This document shows positions 35,666 to 45,567 of a stretch of DNA of 64,000 nucleotides, one piece after another (position 1 is the first letter of the stretch; each line of letters begins with the position of its first letter). The stretch comes from Methanomassiliicoccaceae archaeon. Lineage in GTDB: Archaea; Thermoplasmatota; Thermoplasmata; Methanomassiliicoccales; Methanomassiliicoccaceae. Below the pieces are notes generated by a model. That model saw only the letters and a list, made by a program, of their open reading frames with translations. It made no database searches and was not told the origin of the DNA. The stretch covers positions 253,968 to 317,967 of the forward strand of contig CAVSJV010000003.1 in assembly GCA_963728405.1 (NCBI GenBank), given 5' to 3'. A program made the position numbers and the translations under genes.

Positions 35666-36526
35666 ATGACCGAAACAATCGCTCAGAACGATAAGGAGGC
35701 GATTCCCAAGATACTGCCGTCGGACATGAGCCAGGTAGTCACTGTGGCCAAGTACGACATGCTGAAATACCTTCGCAGCCGGCGCCTGCTGGGGATAGTG
35801 GCCATCGAGGCCCTGGTCCTGGTGCTCATCACCGCTCTGCCCCCGCTGTTAGGAAATCAATACCCCACGAACGCGGACACGTTCATCAATCGCTATGCCG
35901 GCTTCACCTCCCTTCTGGTGGTCATCGGCGCGACGCTCTTCGCCGGAGACGCTATCGTCTCCGAGTTCCAGGGGCGCACAGGCTATCTGCTGTTCCCCAA
36001 CCCGGTGAAGCGGTCGACCCTCCTGGCCGGGAAGTTCATCGCCTCCACGGGCGCGATGTTCCTGGTGCTCATCATCTATTACGGCATAGCTCTGGTGCTT
36101 GGTGTTGCGATAACCGGAGGATTCTCCACGCTAGGAGTGGAATCGCTCCTGTTGGCGATGCTATACTCGGTTTCAGCGCTGGCGGTCGGTTACCTCATCA
36201 GTTCGGTGATGAAGGGGTCCACTGGAGCGCTGATCCTTACCTTCGCTCTGTTCCTGTTCATCTTTAGCATCGTCACCTCGGTGCTGAGCATCGGTGGGGT
36301 GGAGCCCTGGTTCATACTGACCTTCGCCGGGGAGACGATAGCGAACATCACCCAGGTACCGTATCCGGTCACTACCACCACCCAATTCGGGAGCGGTGCT
36401 GGGTCGGTGACCCTCACCACATACATCCCTGACGTCGGGGTGGCCATCGCGGTCATGATCGCCTACACCGTGGTGTCTCTTCTCCTGGCCTACGTGTTCT
36501 TCAAGCGCCGGGAGATGTCGGCCTAA
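35666..36526 (+). CDS. ABC-2 permease, copy 1
   Basis: About 6 TM helices, SEFQGRTG..NPVKR..GKF, C-terminal FKRRE. Confidence 0.88.
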   Translation: MTETIAQNDKEAIPKILPSDMSQVVTVAKYDMLKYLRSRRLLGIVAIEALVLVLITALPPLLGNQYPTNADTFINRYAGFTSLLVVIGATLFAGDAIVSEFQGRTGYLLFPNPVKRSTLLAGKFIASTGAMFLVLIIYYGIALVLGVAITGGFSTLGVESLLLAMLYSVSALAVGYLISSVMKGSTGALILTFALFLFIFSIVTSVLSIGGVEPWFILTFAGETIANITQVPYPVTTTTQFGSGAGSVTLTTYIPDVGVAIAVMIAYTVVSLLLAYVFFKRREMSA

Positions 36527-36593
36527 ACCTCTTCATTCCTTTTCCCTTTCTTTTGGATAAATTTGATTAGGCATGTCCTCAAAGGACAGGTAG

Positions 36594-37544
36594 ATGGAGA
36601 GCGGGAACGGCGAACCACCTATCGTGATCCGGGACCTCACCAAGAAATTTGGGGACTTCAGAGCAGTGGACTCCCTGAGCCTCACCGTGGAGAGGAACAC
36701 CTTCCTCGGTTTCCTCGGACCCAATGGCGCAGGGAAGACCACCGCCATCAAGATCCTCACCAATCTGTTAAGCTCGACCTCAGGGGAGGCGTACCTCAAC
36801 GGGGTGGACGTCACCAGGCGGCCGAAGAGGGCGTTGGCCGGGGTCGGCGCGGTAGTGGAGACCCCGGAGTTCTATCCCTACCTGACCCCGAACCAGACCC
36901 TCATGTATCTCGGACGGCTGCGGGGCATGCCGGCCGACAAGGTCAAGGAACGAAGCGCCGAACTACTGCACCTGGTGCTCCTTTCCGACTGGCAGGACAA
37001 GAAGATCGGCAAGTTCTCCAAGGGCATGAAGCAGCGACTGGCGTTGGCCCAGGCATTGCTGCACCGGCCGCATGTGCTCATCCTGGACGAACCCACCTCC
37101 GGTCTGGACCCCCGAGGGATGGTGGAGATACGGACCATCTTGAAGGAGCTCAAGAAGGAGAGGTACACCGTATTCATGTCCTCCCACCTCCTGAACGAGG
37201 TCCAGGAGGTCTGTGACCATGTGGCGCTCATCGACCACGGCAAGCTGCTGGCCAATGGGGCGGTGGATGATCTCCTGCGGGATAAGGGGTGCCGCCTACT
37301 AGAGGTCCGATTCCTCCAGCCGGTCGAGGGGGCGTGGATCGAGCGGGTCTCCGCCCTCAGCGGCGTGGTCGGCGTAGAGCAGGCGGGACCCAATATCCTC
37401 AACATCACTCTGAAGGGACGGGAAGAGGACCAGGCCGATCTGCTGGACCATGTCCGAGGCCTGGGCCTGCGCATCTCCTCGTTCGCAGAGTCGGGCAACC
37501 CTCTGGAGGCTCTGTACATGTCAATGATAAAGGAGTCGAGATAG
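36594..37544 (+). CDS. ABC transporter ATP-binding protein, copy 2
   Basis: Same motifs as copy 1, clearly paralogous. Confidence 0.93.
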   Translation: MESGNGEPPIVIRDLTKKFGDFRAVDSLSLTVERNTFLGFLGPNGAGKTTAIKILTNLLSSTSGEAYLNGVDVTRRPKRALAGVGAVVETPEFYPYLTPNQTLMYLGRLRGMPADKVKERSAELLHLVLLSDWQDKKIGKFSKGMKQRLALAQALLHRPHVLILDEPTSGLDPRGMVEIRTILKELKKERYTVFMSSHLLNEVQEVCDHVALIDHGKLLANGAVDDLLRDKGCRLLEVRFLQPVEGAWIERVSALSGVVGVEQAGPNILNITLKGREEDQADLLDHVRGLGLRISSFAESGNPLEALYMSMIKESR

Positions 37545-38409
37545 ATGGCCGGGGAGATCTTCGATCGGCCGCCGTCGGATGGGCGCCAGATAGCTACGGT
37601 GGCTTATTACGAGCTGTACAAGTATGTCCGTTCCGCCCGCATGGTGGGCATCTTCGCGCTGGAGGCCCTCATCGTCGCCCTCATCCTGATCGTCCCCCCG
37701 GCCCTGGGCCAGCAGTATCCGAAGGACCCGGCCTACTTCGCCCAGCGGTTCATCCTATGGGTCAACGTGCTCATCGTGGTCGGTGCCACGCTCTTCGCCG
37801 GGGACTCCCTCGCATCGGAGTTCCAGGGCGCGCACAGGCTACCTGATGTTCCCCAACCCGGTGAAGCGGTACGTATTCTTCACCGGCAAGTTCCTCGCCT
37901 CGTTGTTGACCATGTTATTGGTCACCGCGGTGTTCTATGTCACGGTCTCCCTGCTGACCTTTGGGCACTCCCAGAACTTCTCCGACCTCACCTACGATTC
38001 GTTCGGTCTGTCGGTGCTGTACATCGTCGCCGCGATCAGTGTGGGCTACCTCATCAGCGCCATCATGAAGGGCGCCACCGGTGCGTTGGTCTTTACTTTC
38101 GCCGTCCTCTTCCTCATCTTCCCCATCCTCGATGGCGTCCTCTCCTTTGCGGGGGCCAAACCAGTCATCTCCCTCACCTTCTCGGCCCAGGCGATCTCGT
38201 ACATCATGCAGTCACCTTATCCCACCGACCAACTGCTCACCTTCCCGGTGGGCGGCCGGTTCCTGGGCGGCAACTCCGGTGGCGATAATGTGCAGATATG
38301 GAACTATTATCCGGAGGTGGGCACGGCCGCGTTGGTCATGGTCATCTACGCGGTGGTGTGCGTGACCGCAGCGTTAATAATATTTCAAAGGAGAGAGATG
38401 GCGGCGTAA
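37545..38409 (+). CDS. ABC-2 permease, copy 2 (indel near 37830)
   Basis: ORFs 37545 and 37783 join at SEFQG/RTGYL. Ends FQRREMAA. Confidence 0.85.
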
Positions 38410-39152
38410 TGAGGACCGGCATCCTGCACATTGGCGATGAGCTGCTCACGGGCGCCACCGACCCCTATCCTAGGGAGATCATCGCGCTCATGAGACGGAA
38501 AGGAGCGACCCTGGATCTGCTGGAGGTGCTGGGGGACATGGAGGACGACATCGTCCGGGGACTGGAGCACGCTCAGGCATTGAATATCAACATACTGATC
38601 ATCACCGGCGGGCTGGGACCGACCTTGGACGACCTCACCCGGGGGGCGGTGGCCCGTTACCTGGGAACGGACCTCATCGTCGATAAGGGGGCCGAGGCCG
38701 CTCTCGAAGAGGCCCTGACCAGGATGCACGGGCGACCGGCGGAGATGAACGAGATCATTCGCCGCATGGCCCGCATCCCCCGCGGTTCGAAGGCCCTGCG
38801 GAACATCACCGGCGCGGCCTGCGGGATCGAGGCGGTCAAAGACACGATGACCCTGTTCTGCCTGCCGGGGTTCCCGAACGAGATGGTGCCGATGTTCCAA
38901 GCGTACATCCTGCCGAGGATCGCCGAGAGCGGGACCGTGGAGGTGGAGCTCCGGGTGTGGAGGGGCGAATCGTCCCTCGAACCATTGTTCCAGGAGGTCG
39001 CCGCCGCCCATGATGTGCGGATAGCCTCGCTCCCCTGCGTGAGATGGCGGGAGGATGGTAACCGGGTCATCTTCAAGGGCCGCCGGGACGAGGCCGAGGC
39101 GGCCCTGACCCACTTCGAACGGCTGCTCCAGCAATACTCAAATGAATACTGA
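38409..39152 (+). CDS. CinA-like / molybdopterin-binding-domain protein
   Basis: IGDELL.G, TGGLGPT.DD.T, GAACG, LPGFPNEM. Confidence 0.85.
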   Translation: MRTGILHIGDELLTGATDPYPREIIALMRRKGATLDLLEVLGDMEDDIVRGLEHAQALNINILIITGGLGPTLDDLTRGAVARYLGTDLIVDKGAEAALEEALTRMHGRPAEMNEIIRRMARIPRGSKALRNITGAACGIEAVKDTMTLFCLPGFPNEMVPMFQAYILPRIAESGTVEVELRVWRGESSLEPLFQEVAAAHDVRIASLPCVRWREDGNRVIFKGRRDEAEAALTHFERLLQQYSNEY

Positions 39153-39199
39153 CCGTTGTATTAGGAGAATACAATCCATGGGGCAAAGTCCGACGGTAC

Positions 39200-39795
39200 T
39201 TGTGAGCACTTTCACTCACCCCCCGAATAACGTTCATATCCGCATGCCATCAAGAATAAATTTAGATGGTACATGCCTACCAGTGCCGCCTTTACCCCAA
39301 TAAGGAACAGGAGCGGATGCTGTATATCCGTAACCAAAGAAACGACGTTCAGCACAAGGTGTCGAGGCACTGTGTCGATAATTACGATTTAATCGTTACC
39401 GAAGCGCTTCGGCCCACTGATATGGTAAGGGATGGCAGGTTAACAAGGAGCATTGCCGACGCGTCCTGGAGCTCACTGAACCAAAAACTAGCTTACAAAG
39501 CTGAAAATGCTGGTAAGCTGTTCGTTCAGTAGACCCAAGGAACACGAGTCAGATGTGCTCGAGATGCGGTAAAATAGTTCCCAAATCACTTAGTGATAGG
39601 TGGCACGACTCCCTCATTGCGGACTTTCTCTATCGCGTGATCATAACGCTTCGATCAATATCCTCCATCGAGGAATTGAGAAGGCAGGGCAGGAACTGCC
39701 TGAACTCGCTTGTGGACACTGGACCGCTACGCCTCTTAGCAAAAAGGTGCAAGTCAGGTGGTTGAAGCAAGAAGCCCTAGCAACGGGGTAGTTCA
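39200..39795 (+). mobile_element. Internally deleted IS200/IS605 tnpB derivative (copy 2) that retains the promoter and omegaRNA/right end
   Basis: MVHAYQCRLYPNKEQERML fused directly to NQRND.QHKVSR. 3' half closely similar to copy 1. Ends GTAGTTCA. Confidence 0.85.
39205..39256 (+). promoter_or_regulatory. tnpB copy 2 promoter: CACTTTC box, TATA-like and TCAAGAA
   Basis: GAGCACTTTCACTCACCCCCCG..TTCATAT..TCAAGAA. Confidence 0.55.
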
Positions 39796-40821
39796 GTTTC
39801 CAATGAAGTACAGCTCCCCCTCGTAGGGGAAGACCTTGACGGTCTCGCCGGTCTTTTCGAAATTGCGGGGATACTTGATCTCCACCGCCTTGTAGGTCAC
39901 GGGGTGCAGGACCGTGAACTCCCGGTCCGTTTCGGTGAGCACCACCGCATCCAGCACGTCGTTCTTGGTGCCGACCACGTTCACTTCCCGCAGGTCGTTG
40001 TTGGACGCCACTAGCAGCTCGTTGCTCTTGAGGTCGCGGAGCTTGGCCGACTGCGGCCCGGTGCTGTGTACCATGTAAAGGCGGCCGTTGATGAGCACAA
40101 TATCTCTCACGCGATACGGAGGCAGGCGCACCAGGTAGGTGACCCGGTATATGTCATGACCGTCCTTCTGGCCCTGCAGGCTGGACGATTCCTTGTACTC
40201 CGCCCCGTAGGTGGAGATCAGATCGCGGGACAGCGCCTTCCCCAACGCGATGGTGCTGATGTAGAGATCGAACCCGCCGTGGGTCTGGGTGACCTTGGCG
40301 ATGAACGCCTCCCGGCTCTCCTTGGCCGAGCCCTCGACGAACGCAAGGGCGCGCTTGAGGATCACTTCCCGCTCCTCATCGGACATGCGCTTCTCCGATG
40401 GCCGGATCTGGACGATCGATTCGAAGTAGTTGCCCTCGATCTTGTTGCACTTCGGGCAGACATTGCGCTGGATCCGGACGGTGGTGTCGAGCTCCTCGAC
40501 GATCTCCAGGTCCTCGTGAAGCAGATGGGCGACCAGGTGCACCTGGTAGTTCTTGGCATCCCTCTTGCTCACCCCGATCTCCAGCTCGACCATCTGGGCA
40601 TCCTGCCTCAGGAGCATCGAGGCCGCGGCGAAGTCCTTCACCGCCTCGACCTGATCCTCGTAATGCTTCCACCGCTTGCCCATCAGGTAATCATCACAAT
40701 GGGCACAGATGTTCAGGTCCAGGTACTCCTGGACCGAGGTAAAGCGATTGGTTTCCTTGAAACACTCCGGGCATAGGGCACCATAGGTTTGCCCCTCTCG
40801 ACCGCATTTGACACAGAACAT
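39793..40821 (-). CDS. nmd3: NMD3-family ribosome biogenesis protein
   Basis: MFCVKCG..LCPEC, CAHC, CPKC..GNYFESIVQIR, GFDLY, YRVTYLVRLP. Confidence 0.9.
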   Translation of the reverse strand: MFCVKCGREGQTYGALCPECFKETNRFTSVQEYLDLNICAHCDDYLMGKRWKHYEDQVEAVKDFAAASMLLRQDAQMVELEIGVSKRDAKNYQVHLVAHLLHEDLEIVEELDTTVRIQRNVCPKCNKIEGNYFESIVQIRPSEKRMSDEEREVILKRALAFVEGSAKESREAFIAKVTQTHGGFDLYISTIALGKALSRDLISTYGAEYKESSSLQGQKDGHDIYRVTYLVRLPPYRVRDIVLINGRLYMVHSTGPQSAKLRDLKSNELLVASNNDLREVNVVGTKNDVLDAVVLTETDREFTVLHPVTYKAVEIKYPRNFEKTGETVKVFPYEGELYFIGN

Positions 40822-40822
40822 G

Positions 40823-41122
40823 TTACATCTTCGCTAGCTGGGCATGGGGGACCCCAGCGATCCTCAGTATACATTCATCGTTGACGTAGCCCTCTCGTAT
40901 GGCCACGCCGACGGTCTCTTCGCCCACAAGGTTGGCGATGGAGCACATGGATAGGCGGTTGAGCAGCATCTCCTCGTCAGCGTCCTCGCCCTCGTAGAAC
41001 TCCGGGCACACCTCGATCTTGATGTCCCCTTCCCTGAACACAACGCCCAGGAGATCCTTGTCAGCGGCGGCCAGGATCAGGTCCCGCCCGCACCGGTGCA
41101 TTCTTAAAGTGATCATGGTCAT
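40823..41122 (-). CDS. DUF424 family protein
   Basis: ILAAAD.DLLG, FYEG, IANLVG, I.GVPHAQ. Confidence 0.85.
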   Translation of the reverse strand: MTMITLRMHRCGRDLILAAADKDLLGVVFREGDIKIEVCPEFYEGEDADEEMLLNRLSMCSIANLVGEETVGVAIREGYVNDECILRIAGVPHAQLAKM

Positions 41123-44100
41123 CCCTCCGATGCTAGCTTATAATGTCCACTGGAAGGCGAGTATATTTCACCATTTTGGGCCAGGCGTTTCAGGAGCGTC
41201 TTGGCCCGGTCCTCGGTGATGCCCTCGGCCAGGCCGGACTTGAAGATCTCCTCGGCGCTCACGCCCTTCTTGGAGTCGGCCTCCTTGCTCAGCTGGGCGA
41301 TCAGTTTCTTGATGATGCCGATCTGCTCCCGTTGGCTGTGGCTCGTCCCGGTGGCGATGATGTCGAAGTCGAGCTTGTCGCCCTCGCCGGCGATGCGGCG
41401 CAGATAGTACTCGACGATGCGCACCGCGCGTTGGGCATCGTCCGCGGTGACCACCGGGGAGAGCTTCGCCCGGGCGCTCGCCTCGGAGATACGCACGAAC
41501 GCCTCCAGCTGACGCGCGGTTATCGGAACGGAAGAGCCTTCGCCCTCGCCCTGCTTCCTGATCTTGAGGTAGAAATCGGAGATGATGCTCATGGCCTCGT
41601 CGGTGAGGACGGGGTAGATCTTCTTGGAGTAGGCCACGTACTTGCGTAAGAGGTCGCGCTCCAGTACCGGTTTCATGGAGGTGGTATCGTTGAGGATCTT
41701 GTCCCCGTCCACCCCGCCGGCCAAGGTGGAAGGATCGGCGTACTTGCGCACCTGCCCTCGACGGTGCGCCTTCAATATATGCTGGGTGATGTTGGCGTCC
41801 TTCTCCGCGGACGGCTTGTCGGTCATGGCGAAGATCAGGTCGAACCTCGACAGCAGCGCCGGGGGCATGTTGATCTGCTCGGCGATGTACTGATGTTCCT
41901 GGAACCGGCCGTACTTGGGGTTCGCCGCCCCCAGGATCGAGCAGCGGCACTGCAGGGTGGCGGTGATGCCCGCCTTGGCCACCGATATGGTGTTGCCGCA
42001 CCACACCGGCTTACCGTTCCGGCGAACGTAGATCACGTGGTCAGGGACCTCAACGCAATATATTTTACCGGAATAATGAGCCTTGGTAACATTCTCTGGC
42101 CCAATCTCGAACGACTCCATCTGTCGCTCATCGGCGTCTTTCATCCTCAGGAGCCTTAAGGCATTGTTGAGAGGCATCTCGTCCATCCGCTGGAGCTTGA
42201 AAGGACCCCACCGGTCGGCCCCCTCGTGAAGGGATACGTACATGTTATGGTTAGGTGAGACGGCGAGGTTCACCTGCCGGCCATCGATATAGAAGAGATC
42301 TCCTTCGTAGTCCGCTTCGACATATTGTAACGGTTTAACGAACTGAAGTTCACCGGTCTTGGACAGCGAGGCCACTAGGTCGGCCTCGTCCACGTCCTTG
42401 AATAATTTCCAGCCGTTATTGGTCAAGACCTCGGTCTGATCGTCATAGCACTGCGATTCCATCGCCTCGTGCATCGATGAACGGTCCTGGTCGGTCATCT
42501 TGTCCATCTCATCGATGCCGCAGAAACCTTTGTCCGCAAGTACCAGCGCGCCCGCTTCCAGCGTCCACCGGCCCTCGCCGAAGTCGTCCTTCACCGCGGC
42601 GGCGGTGTTGTGCACCACGAAGCCGTTGGCGAGGAAGCTATGGCTGTCCGCGACGGTCAGGTCGTACACGAACGGCGGCAGGTCGGAGCTCTTCTTACCG
42701 GCCTTGACGACCTTGTTCCATTGGAAAGCGGCCGAGCCGTTATCGTGCACCAGAATTTGCTGGCCTACCCTCACGTCCGACGCTTTTACCCACCCCTCGC
42801 TGGCACCATCTGGCCTGGCGATGAGCTTTGTCTCTGGGGTAAGTGTCAGCCGCTTTCCCCCGGATTCCTCGAGTTCCACAAGAAATGAAGGGGTAGCTAT
42901 TCGCCAGATGGCCTCCACTTTTTTAGATGTCTGGCACTTGTCCGACATAGTGGAGACGGCGCACTGGTCGGCGACCTGCTCGGTCCACTGCCCCGGCCTC
43001 GCTTCCACTGGAACTTTCATCCGCGTTTCGACGAACTCCCCGATCCTTATGGCCGAGCCGTCGACCATGATCTCGGTCTCCGGGCCGACGCACAGGCCGG
43101 CCGCGGAGGAGGATTTGCCGGAAGCGTAGATGCCCCGCGGGGCCAGCCGGGACATGTACCTCAGCATTTGGCTGTTGTGGGAGACGATGCCGTTGGCAAC
43201 GTAGTCGTGGGACGTGTCCACTTCCAGGTCGTAGACCCACTGCTCGGAAGGCTCGATCTCCTCCTTCGCTGCGACGCAGTCCCAGTCGAAGCCCATGTCC
43301 CATCCGAAGTCCGTATTGTCCCACTGCTTGAACAGCCCGGTGGACACGGCGATGGGCGTCCCCACATTGATGCAGGAGACCTCCAGCGGACGGATGCGGG
43401 GGCCGTACTGGACGAACAGCGGGTGCGTCGGCGTGACGGTGAGAGAGCGGCCCTTGGTGGTGGTGACCTTGATCAGCTTCTCCGGGGCGCTCCGCTTCCA
43501 CACCCGGACCGCCTTTCCCGCCTCCATCCGACCGCGCAACGAGAACGTGAGCACCGGCAGGTCCACCTCGGCGCTGACGCCGTCGTCGACGTCCTCGACC
43601 TTGCCGTTCTTCAGCCCTTCTTCGACCAGGTCGCGGATCGTCCTGATCGATCCGTCGGCCAGGGTGACCTCCGCGTCGCCGGTGACGCACTTGGCCACAC
43701 CGGGATCGCCGATCAGCAGGATGTGGATGTCGCCCCTGATCCTGGTACCATCGTCCAGGTTCTTGGCCACCCCGCCGAACAGTTGCAGGGCGAGCGATTC
43801 CTTTTCCACATCATAACCAAAGATGGTCGGCGAGATCGAGCCCACGATCTTCTTGAAGACGTCAGGGGAGTGGGCGATCTGGATGATCTCCGCCTCGTCC
43901 TCCGGGGTGATCGGGATGTCCTCGTACTCGTGGCGCTCCGACTCGGCGGCGATGATGTCCAGGTTGATGTCGAACAGCGTGGATTTGGCTGGCTGGCCCT
44001 TCTGCACCGAGCGCAGGATGCCGTTCAGGATGACCCGGTCACCGGGAGATACGGACCCCGCGGCGTCGTCCTCGAGATAGCCGGTGAGCCGTTCCGGCTG

Positions 44101-44820
44101 CGCGCCGCCCCTCAGACCCTCGGGGCTCTCCTGGACCTCTACCTTCTGGGTGTCCACGAACCGGGATTCCTCGGTCAGCAGCTTGAACTTGGTCGAGCCG
44201 GCGCTCCGGCCGCAACCGTCCTGCTCCTTGTAGCACTCCATCGGCTCCTTGAAGAACAGCCCCTCCTGCGCTTCCTTGATCACATGCCCGCAGCGCAGGC
44301 ATTGGAACAGGCCGTCGGTGATCTTTGGCCGCACTTCCGTGGCCTTACGGACCAGACCTTCCACCGAGACGAGCTTGCCGACGTGCTTGGCGCGCAGGGA
44401 CCTGATCTCGACCTTGGAGTCCCTCGGAAGCTCGATGATGCGGAGATTGATGTCGGCCTTCCTCATCTCCTGATGCATCAGGTTCTTGAGCGCCTGCTTT
44501 CCGGCCAGCAGACAGAGATCGGGGTGATCGAGCAGGTAGGAGGCGAGGTCGGCGTCGTAGCGGTCCAGGTCGGCGTAGACGATCTTGACGCTGCGAACCT
44601 CCGGGTAGAGGTCGGCGACCTCCCGGACCATCTGCATGTACTCGGTGCCCTGGAAGAACGCCTCCCACTTGGAGACCACGCTAATATCCACGCCCGGCTT
44701 GAGCTTCTCTCCCCTGGCCTCACCGTCGCTGGAAGCGCCGTTCACCGCCATGTCATCCTGTTCAAAGTCCTCTTCGGGCAAATCCTTCACCTTTTCGCTA
44801 CCGGAACGCAGAGCTTTCAC
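41119..44820 (-). CDS. mcm: MCM replicative helicase with three mini-inteins
   Basis: QESPE, RGDIHILLIGDPGVAK|SQ, LEAGALVLAD, IDEMDKM, AANPKYGR, LSRFDL, TARQLE. Confidence 0.96.
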   Translation of the reverse strand: MKALRSGSEKVKDLPEEDFEQDDMAVNGASSDGEARGEKLKPGVDISVVSKWEAFFQGTEYMQMVREVADLYPEVRSVKIVYADLDRYDADLASYLLDHPDLCLLAGKQALKNLMHQEMRKADINLRIIELPRDSKVEIRSLRAKHVGKLVSVEGLVRKATEVRPKITDGLFQCLRCGHVIKEAQEGLFFKEPMECYKEQDGCGRSAGSTKFKLLTEESRFVDTQKVEVQESPEGLRGGAQPERLTGYLEDDAAGSVSPGDRVILNGILRSVQKGQPAKSTLFDINLDIIAAESERHEYEDIPITPEDEAEIIQIAHSPDVFKKIVGSISPTIFGYDVEKESLALQLFGGVAKNLDDGTRIRGDIHILLIGDPGVAKCVTGDAEVTLADGSIRTIRDLVEEGLKNGKVEDVDDGVSAEVDLPVLTFSLRGRMEAGKAVRVWKRSAPEKLIKVTTTKGRSLTVTPTHPLFVQYGPRIRPLEVSCINVGTPIAVSTGLFKQWDNTDFGWDMGFDWDCVAAKEEIEPSEQWVYDLEVDTSHDYVANGIVSHNSQMLRYMSRLAPRGIYASGKSSSAAGLCVGPETEIMVDGSAIRIGEFVETRMKVPVEARPGQWTEQVADQCAVSTMSDKCQTSKKVEAIWRIATPSFLVELEESGGKRLTLTPETKLIARPDGASEGWVKASDVRVGQQILVHDNGSAAFQWNKVVKAGKKSSDLPPFVYDLTVADSHSFLANGFVVHNTAAAVKDDFGEGRWTLEAGALVLADKGFCGIDEMDKMTDQDRSSMHEAMESQCYDDQTEVLTNNGWKLFKDVDEADLVASLSKTGELQFVKPLQYVEADYEGDLFYIDGRQVNLAVSPNHNMYVSLHEGADRWGPFKLQRMDEMPLNNALRLLRMKDADERQMESFEIGPENVTKAHYSGKIYCVEVPDHVIYVRRNGKPVWCGNTISVAKAGITATLQCRCSILGAANPKYGRFQEHQYIAEQINMPPALLSRFDLIFAMTDKPSAEKDANITQHILKAHRRGQVRKYADPSTLAGGVDGDKILNDTTSMKPVLERDLLRKYVAYSKKIYPVLTDEAMSIISDFYLKIRKQGEGEGSSVPITARQLEAFVRISEASARAKLSPVVTADDAQRAVRIVEYYLRRIAGEGDKLDFDIIATGTSHSQREQIGIIKKLIAQLSKEADSKKGVSAEEIFKSGLAEGITEDRAKTLLKRLAQNGEIYSPSSGHYKLASEG
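41992..42450 (-). mobile_element. MCM mini-intein 3 (153 aa)
   Basis: AMESQ|CYDDQTE..SPNH..IYCVEV..VWCGN|TIS. Confidence 0.92.
42607..43092 (-). mobile_element. MCM mini-intein 2 (162 aa)
   Basis: SAAGL|CVGPETE..TPET..VYDLTV..FVVHN|TAA. Confidence 0.92.
43174..43689 (-). mobile_element. MCM mini-intein 1 (172 aa)
   Basis: GVAK|CVTGDAEV..TPTHP..VYDLEV..IVSHN|SQ. Confidence 0.92.
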
Positions 44821-44963
44821 CTATTCCCTGGTGCCTATTTAGGCCTTAGCGTGAGCGACCAACGTTGCTCTGGCCAAGACCCTTTGCATGGCGATCAGTC
44901 CACGTCCGGGGGCTTTATAGACGTATCCCCGGGAGGACCGATTTTCGATATCCAGGGATGCGT

Positions 44964-45489
44964 CTACTCCGGGCGCTCGGGCGGAAACGTACTCCATCTG
45001 GATGCGCACCACCTCGGCGCTGGTCTCCGCCTGCGAATAGCGGTCCAGCGGTTCCTGGTTGAGCTTGATGAACTGCTCGCCCCAGGTGAACTTGGCCAAG
45101 GCCTTGATGGCCTGCTCCTGGTAGCCCATGATGTACAGCGAGGCGGCCAGGGCCTCGACGCTGGACAGCTTGAACGGCTTGCCCCAGTTGACCGGGTTCG
45201 CAGCCAGCATGTACGGCAATGAGCGCTGCCGGAGGTCCCTTCTCAGTACCGGAAAGGTCTCGATCTGGCTCCAGGACATGTCCATGACCAGCAGACCATG
45301 GACCTCCGCGGCATGGCGGTCCTCCCGGGAGATCGATTTCTCCGAGAAGGGGGTGAGCACCACCGCGCCATAGGGCGCCCGCTTCAGGGAACTTATCTCC
45401 TGGGCCAGGTTGAAGCGGACCAGCTTCTTGCCGGTGCACTTCTTGGGATCGCACTGGCCCTCATCATACACATAGAGGCGAACGGCCAT
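44964..45489 (-). CDS. tsr3: rRNA aminocarboxypropyltransferase Tsr3 (DUF367)
   Basis: CDPKKCTG, D.SW, RSLPY.LAANPVNWGKP.KLS.VEALAA, FTWG.QF..LN. The ORF tail to 44839 is probably an indel artefact. Confidence 0.9.
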
Positions 45490-45567
45490 CGACGGAACAC
45501 TAGGCGAAGGTGGGATATAGATTTTGACCGAGAGGATTCAAATCCGCCCGCAGCATTCGCCCGGAGC

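Noticed and set aside
39154-39173. TTGTATT-AGGAG-AATACAA hairpin as the left end of tnpB copy 2
   Set aside because: No similarity to the right-end hairpin or to the copy-1 upstream region. More likely part of the cinA 3' region
43168-45222. 684-aa plus-strand ORF and other long antisense ORFs (e.g. 12687-14129, 33085-34377)
   Set aside because: Shadows of high-GC genes on the opposite strand with no recognisable motifs
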